A stretch of 64,000 nt of DNA from Lama glama (Eukaryota), in contig CM052816.1 of the NCBI GenBank assembly GCA_028534125.1, positions 34,102,001 to 34,166,000 on the forward strand. Direction: 5' to 3'. The notes below the pieces were generated by a model, which had not been told where the DNA came from, made no database searches, and was given only the letters and a program-made list of their open reading frames with translations. Position 1 is the stretch's first letter, and every line of letters starts with the position of its first letter. A program made the translations under genes and the position numbers. Below, piece after piece: positions 56,880-64,000 of the stretch.

Positions 56880-57270
56880 TGTAATGGCTCTTGCTGGTTG
56901 CCACTCAAATGCCCTGGGATACTCCTTCCCCAGCTGCCAGGGTCGTTGGCAGCCAAAGGCCCAAAGGTTAGTTCCTCCCTGGAAACTGGCCTCAGTGAAA
57001 AGGTAGTGACATTTACCTCGTCCCCAGGAGCCAGCTACATCCGATGACTGGCTGATGTCAAGGTAGAAGGTGCAGCCCCCTCGCCTCAGTTTAGGCTATT
57101 TCTGCAAGGTCATCAGAGAGCCCCAGAGCTCTGCAGTCCCCACACTTCCTCTGCTTAGTGCTGCTTCCCTCAGCACCCCAGTCCTGTTGTGCCCAAGAGC
57201 ACTCCCCACTAAATGCTTGACAAGTGAAACTGTGTCAGGGTCTGTCTCCTAGAGCATCCAACTTAAAATA
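56880..57270 (+). mobile_element. 3' LTR of the ERVL provirus, LTR16C-like
   Basis: Follows the PPT-like agtgga; starts tgtaatgg; ends gtgtcagggtctgtctcctagagcatccaacttaaaata. Confidence 0.75.
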
Positions 57271-57329
57271 CATTTTGATCACATCCGTAGTTGCTCCAAA
57301 CCCAAATTAGAGAGGTGACTAAAGCACAG

Positions 57330-57788
57330 GATCGGCACTTAAAAAACCACAGCTTGGGCGATGTTCTGGGTCTTGTGTTCTGAGAGTGTCTGACAAATTC
57401 AAGTACATGGGTTGATGAAATGCCTAGAAAAGTAACAGATAAGGGCAGTCCACGAGTTAAACTGAGTATGTTAGACCTAGTTAGATCATGACAGCAATCC
57501 TCAGATAACTGAAAGACTAGCATAAGATAGAAGAACTGGGGATTTTTTTTTATATCACTCCAGAATATACATCCAAGACCAATGAATAAAATTACAGAGC
57601 AAGTTTCAACTCAATGTGAAGAAGACTCCAAGACCTGACAGTTAAAAGCTTTCCAACAATTAAATAAGCTGTTTTGAAGAGAGTGAGTTCCCTGAACTGA
57701 AAGCAAGTAGGGAGAAGCTACGTGATCACTTTCACGGATGTTTTATCAGTATGGTTTTCATGTCATAAACTAAATAAACTCTGAGGTG
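57330..57788 (+). mobile_element. L3/CR1 3' region
   Basis: gaccaatgaataaaattacagagcaagtttcaactcaatgtgaagaagactcc...gagagtgagttccctg; tail resumes after 58363. Confidence 0.7.
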
Positions 57789-58363
57789 TATATGAGATTT
57801 CTACTGCTCTGCAGTAAGTTACCACAAAGCTAGCAGCTTAAAACAACACAAATTTATTCTCTCACAGTTTGCATGGGTCAGGAGTCTGGGTATGAGTTAG
57901 CTGGGTCTCACCAGGTTAAAAGAAAGGAGTCAAGTAGTTCTGGGGTCTCAGCTAATGCCTGAGGTCCTCTTCCAAACACATTGAGGCTGTTGGCAGAATT
58001 CAGTTCCTTGCAACTCTTGGACTAAGTCCTCATTTTCTTGCTGGTTATTGGCCAGTAGTTACTCTAAGTTATTACTCAAGTCCTTGCCATCGGACCCACT
58101 TTACACCCTGTCACATTCGCACACTTCAAATTCTTTTTCGGAAAGGCCCTGACCTTTTGAATCTAACTTGAATAGGCCAGCCCCATCCAGATAATTTCCT
58201 CTTTGATTATCTCCAAACCAACTGATTTATAACTTCATCATGGAAATGATATTGCATTATGTTCACACTTTCTGTGCACGCTCAGGGAAGAGACTTATAC
58301 AAGGCATGTACACCAGGAAGTGCTGGAATCTTGGGGGGTCATCTCAGAATTCTGTCTATTCCA
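57789..58363 (-). mobile_element. MaLR solo LTR, MLT1E/F-like
   Basis: ttaccacaaagctagcagcttaaaacaacacaaatttattctctcacag...ggcagaattcagttccttg...cttggggggtcatctcagaattctgtcta; flanks aggtg/acgtg. Confidence 0.88.
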
Positions 58364-59953
58364 ACGTGCTTTCCAACTGTAAAGTCCAGAATTCAAGTCC
58401 ATATGACCATCCACAGATTCTCACTAAATTAAAGGTCTTCTGGGTTAACAAAGTGTGCCCCCTGAGGCTGCTTTTACAGGCCGGCATTAGCCTCAGTACT
58501 GACCGAGACAAGACCATCTCCAGATCAGTGATGATTCAGAGGTTCCTGGAGAGGCTGGAGTGGGGTCAGACTGTGTGAAGCAACACCTGTTGTCTCCAAA
58601 CTCCCATAAATGCCTCAGAAACATCACTGATCTGGAGACAACGTACCATCACCAGAATTACTGAACACCAAAGTGAACAATCACTAAGCACCCGGAAGTG
58701 TCTGATGCTAATAGAAACGCATTTTGGGGAAGAGATCGGAAATTTTCAGGGGTGAGACACGAGAAGGTCTGATTCTTCTCATTCTTTCACTTCTCAGCTT
58801 CTCATCAGGACACTGAAAGAGTTAGAATTTTGTGCAGAATGACATTGGTAGCTCAACTGAGACGCCTCTGAAGAGGAAGGACAGTTATTGGGCAGGGGTT
58901 TGGGGATGGACAGCTGTGCATGCTAAGACTGTGGCCACAAACGCCTCCAGGCCCTGAAGGCAGTGTTGCAGGACAATTACCTGTTACCCACCACGGCTAG
59001 CCGAATCTGCTCTCACTGTGTGTGGCTGCCACCTCCTGTGATTGTGCCCCTCCAAATTAAACTGAAAAAAACTCATTTGGCTTCATCAAGGTGAGAAACT
59101 GGGGAAAATGCTGGCTCTCCTGACATTTTCGCTTCCAGTTCCTGTATCATTGGCTCTGAGAGAATGGAGCCAAGCAAACAGATCTTTATCTTTGCTCAGT
59201 GAGCTGCTCTTTCCTGCCTTGAGCAGGATGAAATCTTTTTAAGGGTGGGTGCAGTGTTGCGCAGACCCTAAACAATGAACTTTGCTTTGTGTAGAAAATC
59301 TAAGGATATAGACCCTCTGCCTAGAATTAAACCTAGATGAACACAGATCTACATGAATATTCAAACAGAATCATACTGTTATTTTCTCGGATAAGCAATG
59401 GACACATTTGAGCTATGCTTTTTGATCTTGCCTTGAAACTTATACCCACAGAATTTGGGTGAATTTCACTCACAGAATGTCACTTTTACTTCTTTCTTAT
59501 TCCATGGGCATGTGTGTTTGTGTGTAAGAGTCTGCACATGTGAGATTGTGCTGAAAAAATCATTATAGAAAATATAGAAAAGCTTCAAGAAAAGTAATAA
59601 AAAATTACCCATGCTTCCTCCATTCAGAGATAATCATCTCTGTTATATCCATCGTATCGTTGATCTGCTCCATATGTGTCATGCATGCCATTTGGTAGAC
59701 TGAATTTTTTACGTAAGAATATATCATGCATGAGATTCAGAGACAATAGGGATCATAAACTCTCAAAACCCCAAAGCAGCTGCTCCTGGTACTACTATTA
59801 GGCTTCAGCTGTAAGTTTATTTGTATCATCCCATCTCCAGGGAACTGACTATATCTAATAGGCAACAAGGGGCTCTGTCAGTCCCTCTGGTTTTGAATTA
59901 GACTAACAGGCTTGTTGTCCCCTTTCTCCTGGACCCTTACACTCACCATGTAG

Positions 59954-60044
59954 TTTTTTTTTTTTTTAAATGGAGGTACTGAGGAACCCAGGATCTCTCG
60001 CAGGCTAAGCATGCACTCTACCACCGAGCTACTCCCCTCTCCCC
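59954..60044 (-). mobile_element. tRNA(Ala)-derived SINE, camelid vic-1-like
   Basis: Minus strand GGGGAGAGGGGAGTAGCTCGGTGGTAGAGTGCATGCTTAGCCTGCGAGAGATCCTGGGTTCCTCAGTACCTCCATTT(A)14; TSD caccatgtagtttt/catcatgtactttt. Confidence 0.88.
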
Positions 60045-61659
60045 GCATCATGTACTTTTAAGAGGCAGGATCTAGAGAAACAAGAGTTTCAAGAACAAAT
60101 GTGGAAATTCAAGGAAGCCTTCTATGCAGACACCAGAATTATTGCCTTTTTCTTTGGCAATACCCTAAACTTCACCCTCCAGCAGAATAGCCAGTGGACT
60201 AGTAGTGTCCTTGTCCCATGTGAAAACACTTTTCCCAAGGGCAGAGAATAATCTTTATATACACATCCCTCTTCACCCCAGGGGTTAACATATGCCATTT
60301 TGGCCGAGCATTTTTTCAATTAATGAAATCTTTGAAGGCTTGCTTTTTCATGGTACATTGTCCCATTGTTTGGATGTACTATAATTTAATCTACCATGTT
60401 GGAGTACTAATTGTTCCCACTTTTTTCCTCTATATATAAGGCTATGATAAATATCTGTGTACTTTAGTCTTTAAAAATGTTTTCCCCATCATTTCAGAAG
60501 AAAAACAATTTTGTTGCATTCTGACAACTAATAACAAATTTCTTCTTATATAAACTGTTAGAAAATGGAGCAGATCATTCTATATAGCCTAAACAGAATG
60601 ATTCTGCTCTTAAGAGTAGACCAAATTAAAAATGGAAATTGTGAATAGAGAACTAATGTTTGGGAACCTCTTGGTACCAACCATATCCAAGTCTTTTACA
60701 GAGAGGATATTAACTACCTATTCTTCAACATTACTGGAAAAAAGAAGTTTTTATGCTTTGGGCTTACATACTTACATTTAAATCAATAAATTGATTAGCT
60801 GTTAAACTTAACATAAATAATGGACACCAAGTGAGAATAAGATCAGTGATATTACTATGTCAGTAAGGTAGGCTTTATTATCCATTTAAACTTTTTGCAA
60901 TCATTAAGCAATTTTAAGTACCTGGTTGCTATGACTCGCTAAAAATTACCAGTGATTAAAACAGAGAAATCTGTACCTTCTTCTTTTTGTGTGTGTGGTC
61001 TTCCTTTGCTCTTTTTCAGAGCTCAACATGATTCTTTGGATTTTAGAAGGAAGGACTTCAGAAACTAAAGTCTTTATCCCTTCCCAAGCAGAAATAGAAG
61101 GGGAAAAGAGACCGTACCAGTGATGAAACAGGAATAAGAAAAGGAATGTATAACCTCAAAAGAATGTTCCAATCAGTCAAAAGCTGGATTTATACAGTAA
61201 ATAATGTGGTAGGAATCCTAAGTTTTCTGCCTATCTATGGTTCATCTGTTTATCTATCCACCTATCCATTTACCTCCCCATCCATGCATATATTCCTTGT
61301 ATCCAAAAGAATTTGAAGTGGTTCACTTGCCAGATGTTTCACAAACTGTCTTGGTGAAAATTCATGAATACCACTCTCTCTACTAGAGCACTGACCATGA
61401 CCAATACTTCTGAATCAAGTTCCAGAATAACAGTGATAGTTTCATTTAATCCTTCTATTTTAAAAATAAGTGATTTTTCCAATACTGTTTGAAGAGAGGA
61501 GGGTGAAAAATAGTGGAGAATACCCGCTCCTTCCTTTCACACTATAAACATTTAATTTTGACTCCACATCTCAGATTTTCTCTTTTTAAGCAGACAAGAT
61601 GCTGACTGTGTTACTCCTCTCTAGTTCATTTTAAGGATCATGCATTAAAAAGTACTGGA

Positions 61660-61780
61660 AAGGTAGGGTCTAGTGGAAAGCACTGAAACAACAGTGTTGT
61701 TGCTTAAGGTGTTTGAGTCTTCAGACACATCCTTAATTTCTTTTGACTGTATTTCCCCATCTTTAGAATAAGGTGAATAT
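61660..61780 (+). mobile_element. MIR fragment (another at ~62590-62775)
   Basis: gtctagtggaaagcactg...ccttaatttctttt gactgtatttccccatctttagaat. Confidence 0.55.
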
Positions 61781-63114
61781 GCCTTACCTTCCTTTAGAGG
61801 ATACCCATCCTGAGTCACTTGCTAGGAACAGTAAATTGCCTCTCCAGAAATGGCTGTTTAGAAGAGTTATCCTAATTTTTAAAGGCCAACTGCAAAGCGG
61901 GTTGAATGAACTAAAAGAGGAAATTTTTCTGGCATCAGGGATAGCAAAAGGGCAGCCCAGGGTCAGAGAGGTTTGGGAGGAATCTAGAAAGTAGAGACGG
62001 TAGAACCTTGCAGAAGAAAGCCCTGGCTCTGAGACTTCTTCAAGGCAGCCTTTTCTCTGGACTCTTCTCCCCATCACTGCAAGGGAGGCTGCTGCTAGCT
62101 CCTCCTCTGATCTTGCTCCTCAGGCCTAGTTGCTCTGGGAAACCAGTCAAAATACATTCAAGCTACAGAGTGAATAGCACCCTAGGGAATAACTCTGGAA
62201 CTAGATTTTGCCTGTTTCTTAAATAGGTAGGTAAATTATACTCCCAAGCATGGTGTCAATGTTAAATAATCTCTCAGGGCTACTGGGAGTGGGAGAGCAG
62301 AGGAAGAGAGAGTTTCATATGTAGATAAAACTACAGCCAAACACTGGAAATAGAAAATGCATATCCAAGTGTTTATTAGTACAGTTAAACCTCATCATAA
62401 CAGACTCCACAGACATGAAATTTTCTTAAAATAAGCATTCCTTGCTAGTTCTTCTCTTCCTGCAGCTTTTCCATAGTACACCCGCAGTGCTATAGGGTCT
62501 TGACTAAAAATACTGCAGCATATGTTTATGTAAAAATACTGCACCATGAAGATAGTAAGGGAGGGCTCCCTTGAAAAGCACCATTGGAGAGTGAAAAGAA
62601 AGCTGGCTCAAAATTGAGATACTTATGCTTTACTTTTAATTCTACCTGTGATTAAATTTGAAGATACGACCAAATCAAATGACCTTTCTAAGCCTCGATT
62701 TTTTTTATATGTAAGAAAGAAGTTTGAACAACATGCTCTCTAAGGCTCTTCTGGTTCTATTGTCATGTGAGTCTATGACAGGTGATAGTGAAGGTTCTTT
62801 TCAGCACTGCAACACATGAAGTCTTGCTTATGTTGTCTATTTTATAGATTTCTTTCTTCAAATTCTCAAATTAGAAAGTCACTTATTAGGGACATCCACA
62901 AATAGGACTATGGTAAAATACGTAAAAAAAATAAACAAACACATCCATTTATATTTCTTGAAATATCAATTCAAATTTTAAATTGAAGAAGGCTTTTTTC
63001 ATTTAAGTGGAAGACAAATCTAGGTCATGAAGATGCCAACTACGAAAAGGCAGACAGAGAAGAACACTTCTGCCTGAGGAAAGATATTTTTTAAATTATA
63101 AATTTATTAAAACC

Positions 63115-63322
63115 TAGTGATCTTAAAAGGGGGCAGTTTTGCCCCAGAGAACATTTGGCAGTGTCTGGAGACATTTTTGGTCGTCACAACTGGTGAAAAC
63201 TGTTAGCATCTAGTGGGTAGAGGCCATGGATGCTGCTAATCATCCTACAGTGCACAGTCAGCCCCTCATAACATAACGTTATCCAGCCTAAAATGTCAAC
63301 ACTGCAAGGTTGAAAAACCCTG
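63115..63322. mobile_element. MER20 DNA transposon (hAT-Charlie MITE)
   Basis: gggggcagttttgcccc...catttggcagtgtctggagacatttttggtcgtcacaactgg...gcatctagtgggtagaggcc...aaaatgtcaac...ggttgaaaaaccctg. Confidence 0.93.
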
Positions 63323-64000
63323 ATATGATGCTCTCAAGACTACTAACCGTATTATATCAAGCTTGAAATACCCAAGTTGACGTTGAGAGCAGTAGCCTCA
63401 CCACAAAATGTTTATTTTAGTTTTGCCTAGAGAGAAACCATCGTCTCAGATGCAATTCTCTAAAGCCATTAGGCAAAAATATTACTTCTGTGGATGGAGG
63501 CATTTATTCCTGTATTCTGAGTTAAAAATCCAGCAAACTCAGCTATTTTAAGTTTCATATATCTCTATTTCACACCTTGATTTCTAAATATTCTTTTTCA
63601 ATCTCTAGCAAAAAAAGTACCCAATATTAGATCACACTGAGAAATAAAATACAAGAAGCTAGTCAGATTTTCAGGTATTTCTGAGTACTATCAAATCAGA
63701 AGGTATTAATGCAGAGCCATATTGTGGTTTCAAGTACCCCATCTTCAAACTAGTTGTGTTCTCTGTGTCTGATAGACTTCTGTGATGGATATCAGTTTTC
63801 TCTATCTTTCAAAAAACACTGGTAGCTAATATTTACAAAGGAGAAACTGATTAGTCAACAACTGAAAAGGGGTTTCTAAAATCTCCTGAAATGAATACAG
63901 GGGACTACAATGACCAGGAATCAATGTCTAATGTTAATCATTTCTACTTTCAAACCTACTGTCCTCTGTTAATTGCAGTGTGGGGGCTTGTATGCAAAGA

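Noticed and set aside
59954..60044. Functional tRNA gene
   Set aside because: B box/T-arm deleted, A tail and TSD present; it is a retroposed SINE

Overview
AT-rich, CpG-depleted eutherian genomic DNA, intergenic or deep intronic. It is most likely from a camelid: it carries a vic-1-type tRNA-derived SINE and camelid/cetartiodactyl-type L1 3' ends, and I saw no Alu, B1, SINEC, Bov-B/Bov-tA or PRE-1. I cannot identify any host protein-coding exon, and almost all track ORFs are repeat fragments or chance ORFs. The window is dominated by transposon fossils: L1 of several ages, L2, MIR, L3/CR1, MaLR (MLT1) solo LTRs, LTR16-type LTRs, a decayed ERVL provirus (pro-RT-RNaseH-IN-dUTPase-3'LTR), MER5 and MER20. 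I find no support for a new biological system. The most notable structures are: (i) a 5'-intact but 3'-truncated old L1 bounded by a degenerate target-site duplication inside an MLT1 LTR, suggesting internal priming; (ii) a younger twin-primed (5'-inverted) L1 nested inside it; (iii) an unidentified minus-strand small ORF or terminal-exon-like segment near 39.2-39.9 kb; (iv) candidate regulatory sites near 35.1-35.6 kb and 48.4 kb. Repeat subfamily names are from recall of consensus sequences and boundaries are approximate unless a TSD is given.
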